64,000 nt of DNA. Origin: Balanoglossus misakiensis. Taxonomy: Eukaryota > Animalia > Hemichordata. Shown here one piece after another: positions 13,000-27,054 of this stretch. The position numbers were made by a program, and so were the translations under genes. The DNA lies in NCBI GenBank assembly GCA_040954595.2, contig CM082578.2, positions 4,074,831 to 4,138,830 of the forward strand, in the 5' to 3' direction. The notes below the pieces were generated by a model, which had not been told where the DNA came from, searched no databases, and saw nothing but the letters and a program-made list of their open reading frames with translations. Position 1 is the first letter of the stretch, and the number at the start of each line of letters is the position of its first letter.

Positions 13000-15123
13000 C
13001 TTTCGTCCCTTGCCGACCATATGTCATGTGTACACTTTCACCCCCAAACCGCAACTGATTTCTTCGCATATCTAGAATCACTCTCCTTGACCGCATACAG
13101 TCTGCCCCTAGCAACATGTCATCTCCTATCGGCGCTACATACACATCCTCTGTGAATTTGGTCCTTCCCAACTTCAGACGCAAAGGACCTACTTTATGGG
13201 CTTTCATTTCCATTTCACGCCCTGCAGTTTCCATGATGGTGGTTTTGAGTACTGGGGGCGGTTCCCAAGACGGCTAAAGAGACGGTCTGAAATGATGGTG
13301 ACTTCTGCTGCCGTGTCTACTACTGCCTGTACTTTAATCCCTTCAACTAAAATGGGCACACTGTACATAGACCCTGACACTAACTGACATATAGTTATGG
13401 GCTGGGTGTCATCACCGCTGTGGGGTTCATTTGCTGTGGATTCATCAGCGTCCGAATTCGGGGAATCATACTCCTGTTCGTCCAAAGACTCCCCTGACGA
13501 GTTGTACTGTTCGTTGGTTCGTGCATCCCTAGGGTGTAGATAGAACCCGTGCCCTTGCAATGTATTGTCAGTGTGGGTATCTAAAGTGGCCTGACACACT
13601 GACCCCCCTTCCCGGATTTTGGCACAACCCTTGGTGTCAGTGTGTGTTGTCACCCTGCCAATTCCATTTCCTCCCCCCTTCACTTTGGGATCATTTCTTC
13701 TGAGTATTGGGCCCTTTGGTGGCTCCTGGGTCAAACTTAGGCCCTCTGGTCTGACCCTTTCCCGTTTAAATGCTCAGCGAATGTTACCCGTTTCTCCCCG
13801 GAATCTGAGGTCACTCTTTCCCTTCCCTTGGGGCATTCCCTACAGAAGTGTCCAGGTTCCCCACAGTTAAATCATTCCCGTCCCCTAGGGGAGGGTGACC
13901 GAGACCGGCCTGCCACGCGTGAGGATAGGGCAACCACTGTCTTTCTCAAACTCTCTAAAGTTTTGGCCATTTCAGTCATTTGTTCGCGAAGGGTATTTAT
14001 CCCGGGACTGGGACTCAGGTTACATGTACGTGGGGTTCGAAACCTCTCCCGCGAGCCTGTTCCGCTGTCGGTGGGTGATAAATCCCGATCTCTGGGGGGT
14101 CGCTCCCGAGTGGCTGATCGCACGCGTATGAACACGTCGTCGCTATCTGTCTCAGATGTTACTCGTTTTACTTCCCAGCGTGAGGTTCGGTGGCCAAAGA
14201 TCTCGCGATTGTTATATTGGAACCAACGTATTTGGTCTATGGCCTCTTCCATGGAGGATGCGCGTTGGTTAGCAACGTAAAGCCCTGCCTCGCGATCGGA
14301 GCATCCCTGACAAAACTTCATTATTGCCTGACGGTCCATAGCGCGTTCCGTCAGTTCGGGGAAAGCGTTTGTCGCGAGGGACAGGATTCGATCGGCCCAT
14401 TTTTCGGCTAGGACTGCTTCCCGCTTGAGAGGGTGGGCCATAGTACATGGGATAGGGGGTCCCCGGTACTGGAGGGGCGCCACCACGGTTTTCGGTGGGA
14501 AATCGCCAATCAGCGCGTTCGTAGGGGCTGGCTGGGAGCGGTGTGGACCCCATCGGATATGGTGGCGGTGGGGTAAAATACCTTGGGAAGTTCTCTGGTG
14601 GATATTGCGGAGACATTCCAACCGGATTCCATGGGTAACCGCTTTGCTCTGTCGTGTGGAAATTATCCCTGTCTCTCGGTCCCCTCCCTCCTCCTTCATT
14701 TGGGTCTGACCCTTCATGGCCATTTTGTGAGAAACGGACCTTACGTCGCAAAGCACTTCTGGATTTGGGCCCGGGACACCCCTCCCCATCGCTGGCTCTA
14801 CCTGACCCCCTGCAGTACTCACTTGCTGTGGGAGGGTAACCCCCACTATCCAATTCTCGATGTTGGCCCATTTTCTCCCCTCCCCTGGGAAATGGGGTTG
14901 TCTTGGGCACTGTACTATTCCCCCTCCCATACTCCAGTGATGACTGATCACTTTTGCTAGCCAGCTCTGAAACTGGGATTTCCGGTGGCCCCTGGAATTT
15001 CCCCGTTTTGCGTGTATTTCTGCAGGCCGGTGTTTGCCAGTCCTCATCACTACTGCTACTGTAGATATTTGAGTTGGTCGGAACTGGGGGAAGTTCAGCT
15101 TCCCTTATTTCATAAGACACCAT
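13000..15123 (-). pseudogene. Disrupted gag-protease region of the Gypsy-type element
   Basis: Gag-like helical region (ADRILSLATNAFPE...FCQGCSDRE), zinc knuckle whose first Cys is TGA (13872-13874), retropepsin DTAA and LLGAD motifs, several frameshifts. Confidence 0.8.
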
Positions 15124-15876
15124 TTCGTGAAATTCAGGTGTGAGCCTGAGACGGGGGATTTCCCCTAATGTTTCTTTTTAGACCCTCCCGTATCTATTTC
15201 TGGCTCTCAAGATTGCCTTTGCCACTTTTTTACCTACCCCTGGCAAGGTCTTAAGGGTCATGAGGTCACATGTGTTGATATAAACTGGACCCCTGGAGGC
15301 CATGATGATGTGATCTATTGGCCCTTTAAACACACTAATTATTAACTACACACTCCCTCACACTCGAGACAACACGTAGGGTTTACACGAGTGAACCCTT
15401 TAAAGAATAATCTCAATCACACAAAAGCTCACTCCCACACAAAAGAAACTTCTATGCATACAGAGAAAAGTTCTCTGCGCATGCGCCGACCGCTACCCCA
15501 AACACGTTTTGGGAATGAAGACCCTCTAACAATGGAAAAAAGGCCCTACGTGCCAAGCTCGCGGCCGAATTTCCGCCCACGCGGTAGTGGGGAAAAACAC
15601 AGAAAATTGACTCAAACTACCTCCGAAACCCTGGTACCTACCCAGTACCGTCCCTAAACTTCGTTAAACAATCCCCGCGGTCCCCGAGAGTTTGCCCAGT
15701 GTCTTCTGGCCCCGGCAATCCACGATATCCCGTTTTTCCTATGCCCAGAAAAACCCCACGTCGCACCCGGACGCAATCGCTGAATTCCGACCACACAGAA
15801 ACACCACTCTCCCTCCCCCGCGTATCAAAAAAAGCAGTTCCCCGCACTAGGCTCGAACACAGGCTCGCAGCGCCAA

Positions 15877-16060
15877 TGTTGTGATTGCCGATGTCTCACC
15901 TTAGTGGGTAAAGGATACTAATCAAAGGTTTCTAAGGGTCTCTTGGAGGTCGGTAAAAGGCGTGCTGCTTGGTCTCTGCTCTAAGGTGGAAGAGGTAGAA
16001 TAAACTATTTCCGCCCAAGGGGTGGGTAGGGTCAGTGACGTCATGAGCAGATCCACAACA
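15877..16060 (-). repeat. 5' LTR
   Basis: Direct repeat of 11245-11428, followed on the - strand by the PBS TGGCGCTGCGAGC (tRNA-Ser-like 3' end, inferred). Confidence 0.95.
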
Positions 16061-16690
16061 TAAGCATATATCTTTACCAACATTTCCCACAGCAGAAGTA
16101 AAGCTGCAATTCTAGAAAGACAATTTGTCATTTTCCACCGCCTCTCACGTCATCTGCATTAACATTTGCATTATTCAGATTCTAACGGGTAAAAATTCTT
16201 ACTCGCTCAGGCGTTTATGTGTTCTAGGCATCACTATACAATTCCGTAAGTCATGAAAAAACACTTATTAGGAACACCGTGTCTTTGCAGTGCAAATTCT
16301 TAGCTAATTTCATTTTTCCGGGAGAACCGACCTTCGCGTGCACGCAGCGCTCGCGTTCAGAACAGTGACTTCCAAAAAACCTATCAGGACGATGCTTGAT
16401 TGAATGTGTTCACTTCATTGAAAACCTCATTCCAGCGAGAGAACATTGATCTAAAGGCACATGAGCGGCAACTGGATAAAAATAGCGTCCAGGACACATG
16501 TTGCTCTCTCAGTGTGTAGTCGATGATGAGCAGCATGTTTGGAGAACAGTGGTTTGGTATATGGGTGAAAGGAACAATTTGCAAACACCAAGGTGAAATG
16601 CTGAACTGTTTTGCTCATGTAATATTCAATGCAGCCTGATAAGGTGCACGTATTATCAGTTACTCTTTCGTTTTCAATTATGATTTATTT

Positions 16691-16840
16691 AAGCAATAAA
16701 ACACCCCCAGCCATGGTATACCACGAGATTTTGACCAGTTCACGACATATACGCACGAGCGATAGCGAGTGCGTATATGGAGTTGAACTGGTCAAAATCG
16801 AGTGGTATACCATGGCTGGGGGTGTTTTATTGCTATTATA
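16691..16840. mobile_element. Palindromic (hairpin) non-autonomous element; related hairpin at 26476-26623
   Basis: aagcaataaaacacccccagccatggtatacca...tggtataccatggctgggggtgttttattgct is a near-perfect ~150 bp inverted repeat. Confidence 0.7.
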
Positions 16841-17378
16841 TTATGCCAGTATATTGAAACTTGGCATAAAACATTTTAAAAAGGCATTTTCTTTGACTAT
16901 GATATATGACTGTGGTATATGGCTAATATATCACGGTCACGTGTCGTGTCTCGACCAATCAAATAGCGTGATTTACACCATCAATATACTGGTATAATAT
17001 AATTTGAAATTTACAATTTAATTGTGATTTTGAATCGGATTTAAAAAAAACGAAAACGATTTTTAAAACGATTTGATTTTTTCAACCTTTGAACCCTGTA
17101 CTCTGAACTTGCTGGTTGTCACGTGATACCAATAGACCAATGAAAAAAGTCTTCAGTCTTGTTTGATCACGTCCACTGCACTGTCACAACATAGACGGGA
17201 ATCCATATTCCTTGCATGGCAGTACTTGTCTCCGCGTTTTCTGCAGTTGAGTTGTAAACACAAAAAACTCGGCACATTCATGGACGCACTACGCCTCGTC
17301 CGATCGTAGCAAAGTTCAACTTCTATAAAGATAGAGAAGCGGTGAGAAAGTCGGCACGGAATTTGCGGGGAACACACT

Positions 17379-18390
17379 TTGGGATATCAGAAGATTTTTT
17401 CAGACGAGATCCGGCAAGTGCGGAAAAGACTCTACCCAGTCATGAAAGCAGCGAAAAGGGACAACAAACGAGTGAGGATGGTTGTTGACATACTGTATAT
17501 TGATAACAGACTATATTCTGGTCCAGAGGCAAGGAGAAGCTACGTGACGACGATGGAAAGAAGAGAAGTCTAAAACATAACCAAAAGAACGGTACAGTTT
17601 AACATTCTATGACAGTCAAATACATTTCTTTAAATACACATGGAATCAGAGGCTTTCTCAAACTGAAGAAAGTTTTTAATTGGTTAAAAAAGCAAAAGTC
17701 ACAGGTTTACTTCCTACAAGAAACTTACAGCAAACAATCGGATGAATTATTATGGCAGCAACAGTGGGGAGAGGGGAGTATTTTCTTTTCTCGTGGTTCA
17801 GTACACAGCAAGGGCACGGCAATTTTGTTTTCAAAGAGTATTGAATTTTGTGTAAGAAACAAAATCTGTGACGATGACGGTCGTTACATTATATTGGATG
17901 TTATGCTTGAAGGTGACAATTACTTGTTATGCACCTGCCACAAATATTCACTGTCAAGCTGAATTCTTTCGGGAAGTGATTATTTTGTTAAACAAATGTA
18001 ATACATAGCCGATGGCAAATATTGTTATTGGTGGAGATTTCAACTGCAGCTATCGGTCGATGTTGTGGCAGGAGCTGGGCTGAGTATGTCACTGAGAAAC
18101 ATTCTGTAATTTCACAAATTGAGCAACTCATCACTGTTCTTGATCTTCAAGATATTTTTCGCGCCAAATATGGTGATAAGGCCAGGTTCACCTTTAGACA
18201 AAAGAATCCTTTCATGCAGTCACGTATTGATTTTTGGTTAATTTCGCACCACCTCCATGATGATGTGAAAGCAGCGAATATTACTCCAAGTGTCTGTTCT
18301 GACCATTCAGCGATTGTCTTGCATTTGGAAAGGGATGACTTTGACCAAAGGAGAGGTCCTGGCCATTGGATTTTTAACAATGATCTATCC
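17379..18390 (+). mobile_element. Tx1/L1-like LINE fragment: ORF1 C-terminus plus APE endonuclease, 3' truncated
   Basis: ORF1 end RKRLYPVMKAAKR..VDILYIDNRLY. APE motifs SLNTHGI, FLQET, GGDFN, SRIDFWL, SDHSAI and RGPGHWIFN. Confidence 0.85.
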
Positions 18391-18399
18391 AGAAGACAG

Positions 18400-21363
18400 C
18401 TGGTATATTGAAGCAACGCCCAATCAAAACTATCCGTACACCTCACCACCTGTTCAATCATAATAGACTTGCCAACTGTCAGCTTGACAGGAGAATTGAC
18501 AACTTCATGCCGACTTCTGGTGTCAACTATAGTAATCTGGTGATTCCTAAAAGGACCGACTCCGTAAGATCTGTCATTGGATATCGTCCAAAACCAACAA
18601 CTAGTGATCAGCGTCAGGTAAATCTGGATAACTTAACATTATGATCAATGTAAGAACCTTTCAATCGGGTTGTGGAATGCCAGGTCCATCAACAACAAAA
18701 TTGCTACCGTGTGTGGACACATCATTGAAAGCAAGTCTGATGTCTTTGTGGTGACTGAAACCTGGATAGCCAAGTCCAATCAGTGTACCGTCCCTCAAAT
18801 CCGCTCAGCCCTCTATGGATATAAAGTTCATCAAAACCCAAGGTCGGACAAGAAGGGAGGTGGTGTAGCAGGCATCATGAGTGAACACCTTACGGCCAAG
18901 CCGGATAAGACTATGAAGACTACTTTCCGATCACTTGAACACTTGAATATATACATAACTCTTCCATGTGATCTTGTTCATCTTGTCATTGTTTACCGTC
19001 CACTACCGTCTCGGAAAAATGGTTTGAATGTGTCGACTTTTATGACTGAGTTTGCAACATTCATGGAGAGTATTGTAATTTCACCAGGTCGCTTAATTTT
19101 ATTAGGGGACTTCAATTTCCATGTAGGAAATGAAAATCGCAACGATACCCGACAATTCATTGACTTGATAGACAGTCTTGGTCTTAAACAACATGTACGG
19201 GGCCCCACTCATGAACGGGGGCACACACTGCATGGATTTAGTAATTACTCGTATAAATGAACCATGTGTCATGAAATTTCAACTGAATGACATTCTCCCA
19301 TCCGATCATACTTTAATCAGTTTTGTTACTGATCTGTCACGTCCATCTGTACACCATAGGAAACGCATTTCACGTAATATTTCATCTGTAACCTCTGATG
19401 ACCTCAGTCAGGCCATAAATAGTATTCAAAAGGCCAAAATAACGGACTGTACCACAGTTGATGATTTGGCTGAGTGCTTTCATGCGGACATGTCATCTGT
19501 ATTTGATATTGTTGCTCCGGCCAAAGTAAAGATCGTTCGTGACAAACCGCGCGCCCCTGGTATGATGAGACTCTGCGTGAAGAAAAACGTACTCTTCGGC
19601 AAGTTGAAAGGAAATGGAGAAGACATCAACTCGAAGTAAATAGACAGATCTTTATGGGAAAACGTGCGAACTATAATAGACTCTGTAATGAAGCACTTGC
19701 ATTGTATCATAGGACTCGTATTGAAACAGCTGATCAAACTAAACTATTTAGCATTATTGATGATTTAATAGGCGAAAAGAAATCCTCCGCTTCAATTTTA
19801 CCCATTCATGATGATAAAGCAAAGTTGGCACAGTCTTTCGCCGATTTCTTTACAAATAAAATATCCAAGCTTCAGAAGCAATTTCCTAGATCTTTGACCT
19901 TAGAAAAGGTCAATGAAGTACCAACGTATTTCTTCAGAGAGTTCACCTCTGTCACCATGGCCAGTCTTACTAAAATTATTGATGCCATGAACTCAAAATC
20001 ATGTGCACTTGACCCAATTCCGACTAAACTTTTGAAATTGTGTCTTCCAAATGTAATTCATGATCTAGTCAAAATAGTTAATACTTCATTCGATTCGAGT
20101 ACAGTTCCTAAAATGTACAAACAGGCTGTAGTCCGCCCTTTATTGAAAAAGTCCAGTCTCGACTCCAATGTTTTATCTAATTATAGGCCGGTGTCTAATC
20201 TTGTTTTCGAACATAAATTTCTGGAGAGAGTTGTTTTAATTCAACTTGATGAGTATTTTAGTCAGTTTTCATTGTATTCTAAATATCAGTCTGCTTATAG
20301 TCATCATCATAGCACGGAAAGTGCCTTATTGAGAGTTCAAAACGAAATTTTACGTGCTCTTGATAGTCATAAAGAAGTTATTCTTACACTGCTTGATTTG
20401 ACAGCAGCTTTTGACATTATTAATCACAAGGTATTGCTGTATCGTTTAGAACATAAGTTTGGTATTAAGGGCAAGGCACTTGCTTGGTTTGAGTCGTACT
20501 TATGTGATAGAACACAGATTGTGTGCATTGATGGTGTATTATCAGAGCCAAGTAATCTTGATTGTGGCGTCCCTCAAGGAAGTGGACTGGGCCCAATACT
20601 TTTTACACTGTATGCAGCACCATTAGAGGATATAATCATTAGACATGCTTTGGATCTTATGTTATTTGCTGACGATACTCAGTTGTATTTGATATGTGAA
20701 CGTGCCACGGACTCGTCATTTATGGTTGAACATTGTATTGATGATATTCGTCAATGGATGATTGAAAATCGTTTGGTTTTAAATGATGCCAAGACAGAAG
20801 TGATCCATTTTCGTTCAAAATTTAAGAAATCTGTTGACCTGCCATTTCTCAGAGTAGGGAATACTAATGTTACCACGTCTAGATCCGTCCGCGATCTTGG
20901 TGCTTATTTAAACCGCTTTGCAGATATGAGTACTCACATTGTCAAATTATGTCAGTCTGCGTCATTTGCTCTCCATAGAATTGGACGTATTAGAAATGTT
21001 TTAGATCGCTCAAACACTGAAAGACTTGTGCACGCTTTCGTTACATCACGCATAGATTACTGCAACAGTTTGCTGTTTGGTATCGAAGATAAGCACCTTC
21101 ATAAACTTCAGTTACTTCAAAATTCTGCTGCACGTCTCGTCACACGCACAAAAAGGCATGAGCATATCACACCAGTGAAACGGGAGCTACACTGGCTGCC
21201 TATCCATGCTAGAATCAATTTCAAAATTCTTCTTTTTGTCTATAAAATATTGCACAACCAAGCTCCTGCCTATCAGTCTGATCTGATCACAGTTCATGAA
21301 CCTAAACGGTTGACACGCTCAGCTCCTCACACCTCAATTATATATTTCTTAAAGTATTATTGA
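18400..21363 (+). mobile_element. L2/CR1-type LINE ORF2 (APE endonuclease + reverse transcriptase), frameshifted
   Basis: WNARSINNK, VTETW, LGDFNFH, SDH, YRPVSNL, LLDLTAAFD, GVPQGSGLGPILF, FADDTQLY, RIDYCNSLL and LHWLPI, spread across ORFs 18670-19260, 19178-19639 and 19654-21363. Confidence 0.92.
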
Positions 21364-21439
21364 AGTATATAATAGTATATCGTTGCAATAAAGAAATCTA
21401 TGAACAAATTAAAATGACAAGTCAATACAATAGTTGCTA

Positions 21440-21932
21440 GAATCGGTAAAACAAGAAAAGTGGCGGGGGTGGGCGTGGGAGGTGTCCGCCTCCCACATAA
21501 GAAAATTTTGTAAAATACGGTGCTCAAAGTTGCAATTTAATGAACTCAAAAAGCAAATTAACTCAATGTTAGGGCGGACAAATTTTAATTTTGCCACTCC
21601 ACTCAAAGTTAGCATCGGGGTGGGGTGGCAAGAAATCTTCCCTGGTACACTAGACAAACCAGTGAATAAATGCAATGTGGCGAATAATGGAGGGGGTGGG
21701 TATGGGAGGGGGTGTCCCCCTCCCACATTAGAAAATTTTGTAAAATAAAGGGTGTGAAACTGCAATTTTGTGGACTCAAAAGCAAAAGTTCGGTGGCAAA
21801 AGTATGTGACCCCCCCTAAACGTTTAAAAAAACCAGATGACCCCCCCCCCCTTGTGGACTTCAAAATTTAAGTGACCCCCCCCCCCCTGGATTTTGCCGC
21901 CCCCCCCCCGGCCGTAAAAACTGAACGGTCCC
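21440..21932 (-). mobile_element. Non-autonomous DNA transposon fragment (same family as 756-905, opposite orientation)
   Basis: Ends ...ccgtaaaaactgaacggtccc followed by TTA. Internal duplicated ctcccacat..gaaaattttgtaaaata blocks. Confidence 0.6.
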
Positions 21933-22647
21933 TTAGAACAGCATACTGCCTGAGTCTCCAGTTTGGCTCATGAGCATAACAGCCAGAACGCAACACCCTC
22001 ATTAGCATATTATCGCCTATCCAGATCAGGACCGTTACATTTTGAATGGCCGCTCACAGACCGTTTTTTGAGGCATTTTCAACTTGCCGTAACTTTCGCT
22101 AGAGTGCATTATTTTAAATCATGTAAAAGCGAAAACCTCTCCTGACATGTCTTCTTTCGTGCCATCCAAATGGATTTTAGAATTATTTACTGAAATATTG
22201 ATATTATGGCGATTTTCCGAAGGTTACTTTAGCGGTCGAAAATATGGTCCAGTTTTTCGCTTCCAGTATCCATAATATGCACCGGAAAGTTTACAGAATT
22301 CAGGGTAATGTGGGTTTTTGTACACTTTAAATGACCGTGTAAAGAAATTTGGTAAAGATACAAGTGCAACGGTCAGTTCAAGAATTTTCGCTAAAAAACG
22401 GGCGATTTTACCCGGAAGTCGTCACATGACCTACGTGACCCGAGGTTTCCCGGCCGCTGATGTAAACACTTGTAAATACGCAATTATTGTTTATTGTTTA
22501 CGTCCCACATGTACATGTAGTGTTGATAAATGCACACGTTGGAAATGAGTTCATTATACATCGGCTATTAAGACTACCTTTTATTCTTGAAAATTATCGA
22601 TGATCATCGAGATCTGCCTAAACTGCGTTAGCACTGGCGGCTGCGTA

Positions 22648-22842
22648 TTAGTCTCGGTTACCCAGACTCTCTTACTCTTTCGCGCAGCGCCCTCTTGAGA
22701 CGAGAGAAAGAGTAAGAGAGTCTGGGTAACCGAGACTAGCTGCGTGTATGAATTGTAGGGCTGTGTGTCCGCTAGTCTGGTACCCTGCCCCCTTTCTCCC
22801 GCTGCTGGCGCTACACTCACGAAAGGGCAGGGGACCAGACTA
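22648..22842. mobile_element. Two tiny adjacent hairpin MITEs (tagtctc...gagacta; tagtctgg...ccagacta)
   Basis: Inverted repeats at 22648-22739 and 22772-22842. Confidence 0.6.
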
Positions 22843-24098
22843 TGTGTCCGCTTACGGCGCAGCGTACAACCATGCGATGCCTCCACACCACATCCTTTGG
22901 AAGAATAAAATACAGATTTCGTCGAATGTGGTGTTTCACAAAAAGAAAAACATTATTGAGCGACAACACATACGTTTCTAAAAAATCAGTCCGGTAACTC
23001 CGCAATCGCGTTAAACAGAGACTGCAAACAGCAACTGGGATATACACACATTCTGCACTGAACGCTCGACAATGGGTTATGCTGTAAACTCCCACCATTT
23101 CCCACTGAAAATGATCTCGTCACAGCAAAAAGTAAACAAATTAAAACCGTTATAACTTCGTTAATATGCCCCGGAAAGTATACAAACTTCACAGTAAGAA
23201 GGGCCAATGTCTATTTTTTATAAATATATCATCGGATTTCTACAAAAAGTTGGTGCAACAGTCCGTTCAAGAATTTAGCGAGGCATGTTTCCAAAACGTG
23301 AATTTTCATTACTCTGTACTTTTCGTTATTTCTCTGCAACTACTGCAATAATCATCAAAAATACTCCTTGAGATATAGTTCGATATATGTACTATCAAAT
23401 AAATCCAACAAAAATACTCAGAACGATCGCCATTAATAGCGGTTGGTGACCATAGTTGGGGGGAAAAATGACCCAATTCAGACACCCTTTTCGGGGCTCA
23501 GTGTAGTAACGGTCTCGTTTTTCGAATCAGATTCCGCATTTGCATATGTTAATGAAGGCGTTGCGTTCTGGCTGATAAGGCGTATGTGGCATTCAAAAGT
23601 AAATATATGTCGTTGAGGGCGACATAGCTTTCGCTTTTAGTAAGGGGGGGGGGGCAAACCATACACAATACAAACAAGTAACAGCGAGATCACATGAAAC
23701 TGCGATATTTTTCACAAGTTCAAGATTGCATCTGTCGTTTTTCAACCTTCCAAAGTACCACTATACGGTTCGCACTATGTCTAAATGCGACCAACCTCCT
23801 ACATGAAATCAGTAAAATTCAGAAATGTTTAACAAATCGATCTCGAGGGTGGGTACGTAAAGACAAAAGCTATTCACCTCTATCATTTCTCTGAACAGAA
23901 AGGAAAAAACTATCACACACACATATGAAATATTTTGCCAATGGATAATTAGGTCTTTTGTTTTATTGTGATTTTTCTGTACATTTCATATATCAGTGAA
24001 ACGTTGTAAAGGTCGTCTGTGTCATAAAATGTAAATACGAATATCTGACACAAAAGCATTTCTGTCATCCTTGTTTTCGCAGTGATATTTTAGCACAA

Positions 24099-25681
24099 TC
24101 AGGCAATATAGTAATCGCAGAAGCAGTACCCTTCACCGAAGCGCGGGAGTTCCTCCAGACAAGTTCCACCAGATATGGAAGCGGTGTTTGGTTTGAAAGG
24201 AACCCAGGAAAAGGGACTCGAGAATGCGCCGTGACATTCCGATTCCTGAAAATAAAAAACACAATGTTAACTCTTAGACACACAACATAATATGACCATT
24301 GGGATAATTGGAGATTGACGAATAAGCGAACAAAGTCTGCTTGACCATCACGCGTGTAACATTGTCAAGCAGACCACCCGATCGTTCCCAACCTCCACGC
24401 GACTGCAGTGCACTTTGCAACGACACTTTGTTTCGGCCAGTGGCACAGGGGAAAATCATAAATGTTTAGTTCATTCAGGTCCCGCAATAGAGGCAATGCG
24501 TGACAAAAACCATGCACGTATGGACATACCTTACAATGCCAAACACCAATTCCGTTGGCATACTCTATCACATCGCAATTCTGACAACTGGAAATCGACT
24601 TGCTTCCGTCTCCAGGGCCCTGCATTCAAACGAATGAATATATGAGGTACAAGATTGGCGCAATGTTATGACACCATTTTGCGATTCAGGTTGTGAGTAC
24701 TATCTTTTAAGGCTTTTTGCAATTTGATTACACCATAGTCCAGTTACTGCTTACTGGTTGTGATTAAAACGGCACCTTGATCTGAGTATTTGGTGTTTTC
24801 TTGACACATTGGTAGAATTTCGGGTACGGACCTGTCTGCTATATAAGACTTACAAGAACAGTGGCAACGACATAGACCCAATTTTTTATGGATGAAGTCC
24901 GGATTGCACGACCGCCAGTGTTCGCAAAGAGTCGACCGAGGACTTACACAGCTGTAGACTTACCAGATCGATATCTGCAGTGATGTGCCTCTCTGATATT
25001 GCAACGATTAAGAGGCGAGTGTCGTTCTTGAAATCCGTCGCTTGCAAAACCGTACTCCGGCTTCGTTCCTCTACAAGCCCGCCCTTGACGTCATTCACTT
25101 TGGCCACCAGCTCCGACGGGCACTCGTTTGTTATGTCACAGTCGAAGTAATACACCCCGTCATCTGCATTGACGCCAATCTTGCATCTATCGCAGGCGGG
25201 ATTACCATTTTCGCTTATCGGCATGGGGCGACTTGGATGCAGAGACATTAACGCAACTATTGAGGCGAAAAGAAGCCCTCGAAGTGTCTAAGATAGAAAA
25301 CACGTGCGGTTATTTTTTTATTTCATTTTCCCTTGTTGGAAACGGTGTAGTATGCGGATTTCGTTCTTTCAAACATTCGGATTAAATATCAGTTATTATA
25401 CTCAAATATTGGCTTTGTATTGTTTAACTCGGACATCTTAGTCATCTTTGCCCATTCATCTCTACTTCTCAAAACACCATTCCAGATTGTTATTACGGTA
25501 AGTCCATTATGTCGTAATCGCGAATAACACTATCCAAACGATGACAAACGTATCAAGTTGACAGTTATCACAACGTCAAATATAAGAACCTGTTTGGGGC
25601 ACATCAAATGCAGTCAATTCCTGTGCAGATTGTGCTTGTAAATATATACTACGTCTCTGGAAGGAAAAAAAAACTTACCAT
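24099..25681 (-). CDS. Small secreted cysteine-rich protein, paralog 1 (~187 aa)
   Basis: Exons 25681-25679 (ATG only), 25287-24964, 24619-24530 and 24245-24099, all phase 0 GT-AG. Signal-like MTLRGLLFASIVALMSL. Ends GTCLEELPRFGEGYCFCDYYIA*. Confidence 0.85.
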
Positions 25682-26099
25682 GATAGTGTATGTATCAGGA
25701 CCGACTGCACACTCCAACTGTAAGTAAGCTCTGTACACGCTTTGTTGAAAAATTCTGCTTTCTCGTAACTTTATTGCTATAAAACATATTGTAGTCAGGA
25801 GATCCAAATTAGTTTTGTACCGAGAGTTTACTTTTTCGCACAAGAAAGCAGAAACATACGGTGCTTTCGTATTCGACCTTTTCTATAGGAGCAGCTCACA
25901 TGTAGCTGGGCGGATGACATACGGTAATCAGTAATAAAACATCCCGAGAAAAGTTTTTATATATACCAGCGCGCATGTGTAGAACCATAATTGGCTATAT
26001 ACTGTAGAGCAGAGTAGTGGCCTGTAGTGAGATATGTAACCCTGGCAGCTAGAAAAAAAATATTGAGTCGAGCGATCGCTGCACGGCCAGTGCATAAAA

Positions 26100-26623
26100 C
26101 ATAAATTATATTATATCATGCTACCATCCGCGATTCTGATTGGACGAAAGCGATGGTAAAATACTGTTTTACCACTGCTGGCAGTTGAAAAACGGGCCGC
26201 TGAACTAGCATGCAGCAGGGAAAATATGCGGTTAAACCACAGTCATGTGGATTTAAACCAAATAAGTAACATAAAAACACTTGCATTTACGGATTTTGTG
26301 AATTGCACTTTTGTCACTTTTTGTGCTTCATGTTTAATGCTCGATCCCAGGCCGCTCGTGTTTACAATCATCGTCGCCATGTTGGTTCACAATCGTAACT
26401 TCTTTTTCTGACGCTGTTTTGTCAAGAAAATGACACTGATATGCCACAAAATCAATTGTTGATATACATGTAATATAATAGCAATAACCCCCGCCTCAGT
26501 CTGGTATACACTCGATTTTGGTACAATTCGCTCCATATAGCACTCGACTGACGGCTCGTGCTATATGTCTCAAATTGTACCCAACTCTCGTGTATACAAG
26601 CCTGCGGCGGGGGTTATTGCTTA
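26100..26623. mobile_element. Non-autonomous element ending in a ~150 bp hairpin (family shared with 16691-16840)
   Basis: atagcaataacccccgc...gcgggggttattgctt inverted repeat at 26476-26623. Left boundary is approximate. Confidence 0.5.
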
Positions 26624-27054
26624 AATATCGGTTATAGTTAGCTTTTCTGATGAATTCTCTCCCGATGATGTACATATTCCATCATAGGTCGCGCTAACCA
26701 TTTTCGGATGACGTTTTGAATGCATGTTCATTGGCAGTTCACAACGTGTGGTTAAATCCTTATCGTCAATCAATAAGAAAATCACATCAAAATATTGCAC
26801 ACGAATTAAACACGTGCGAAGACATGACCAGCTCTCTTGTTTTTATTATGAATTTTTAGTACATTTCTGTGAATCTGAGGAGTTTAGTTATGTCATAACG
26901 AATAAGGGACACAAAGCATGTATATTTTGCAGTTAGGCCTATTTGTGTTCGTTTTATTTATTTGTCATTAAAACATTTCCAATTTACAAACTCAAATGGG
27001 GGTAAAGAGAGTATATAAGCTTGTAATCTACCATGGGGTCCTACATAAAATTTC

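Larger units (their letters stand above)
11245..16060 (-). mobile_element. Non-autonomous Gypsy-type LTR retrotransposon (gag, CCHC, protease, ZnF, TatD-like; no RT/RNase H/integrase)
   Basis: 184 bp LTRs (TGT...ACA) at 11245-11428 and 15877-16060, with 2 mismatches by eye. 4 bp TSD TAAG. PBS TGGCGCTGCGAGC next to the right LTR and PPT GGTGGGGATGAG next to the left LTR. Protease VVDTAAEVTIIS. Knuckle *FNCGEPGHFCREC. Confidence 0.93.

Noticed and set aside
11643-15884. Many + strand ORFs inside the LTR element
   Set aside because: Antisense shadows of GC-rich - strand coding sequence with no recognisable motifs.
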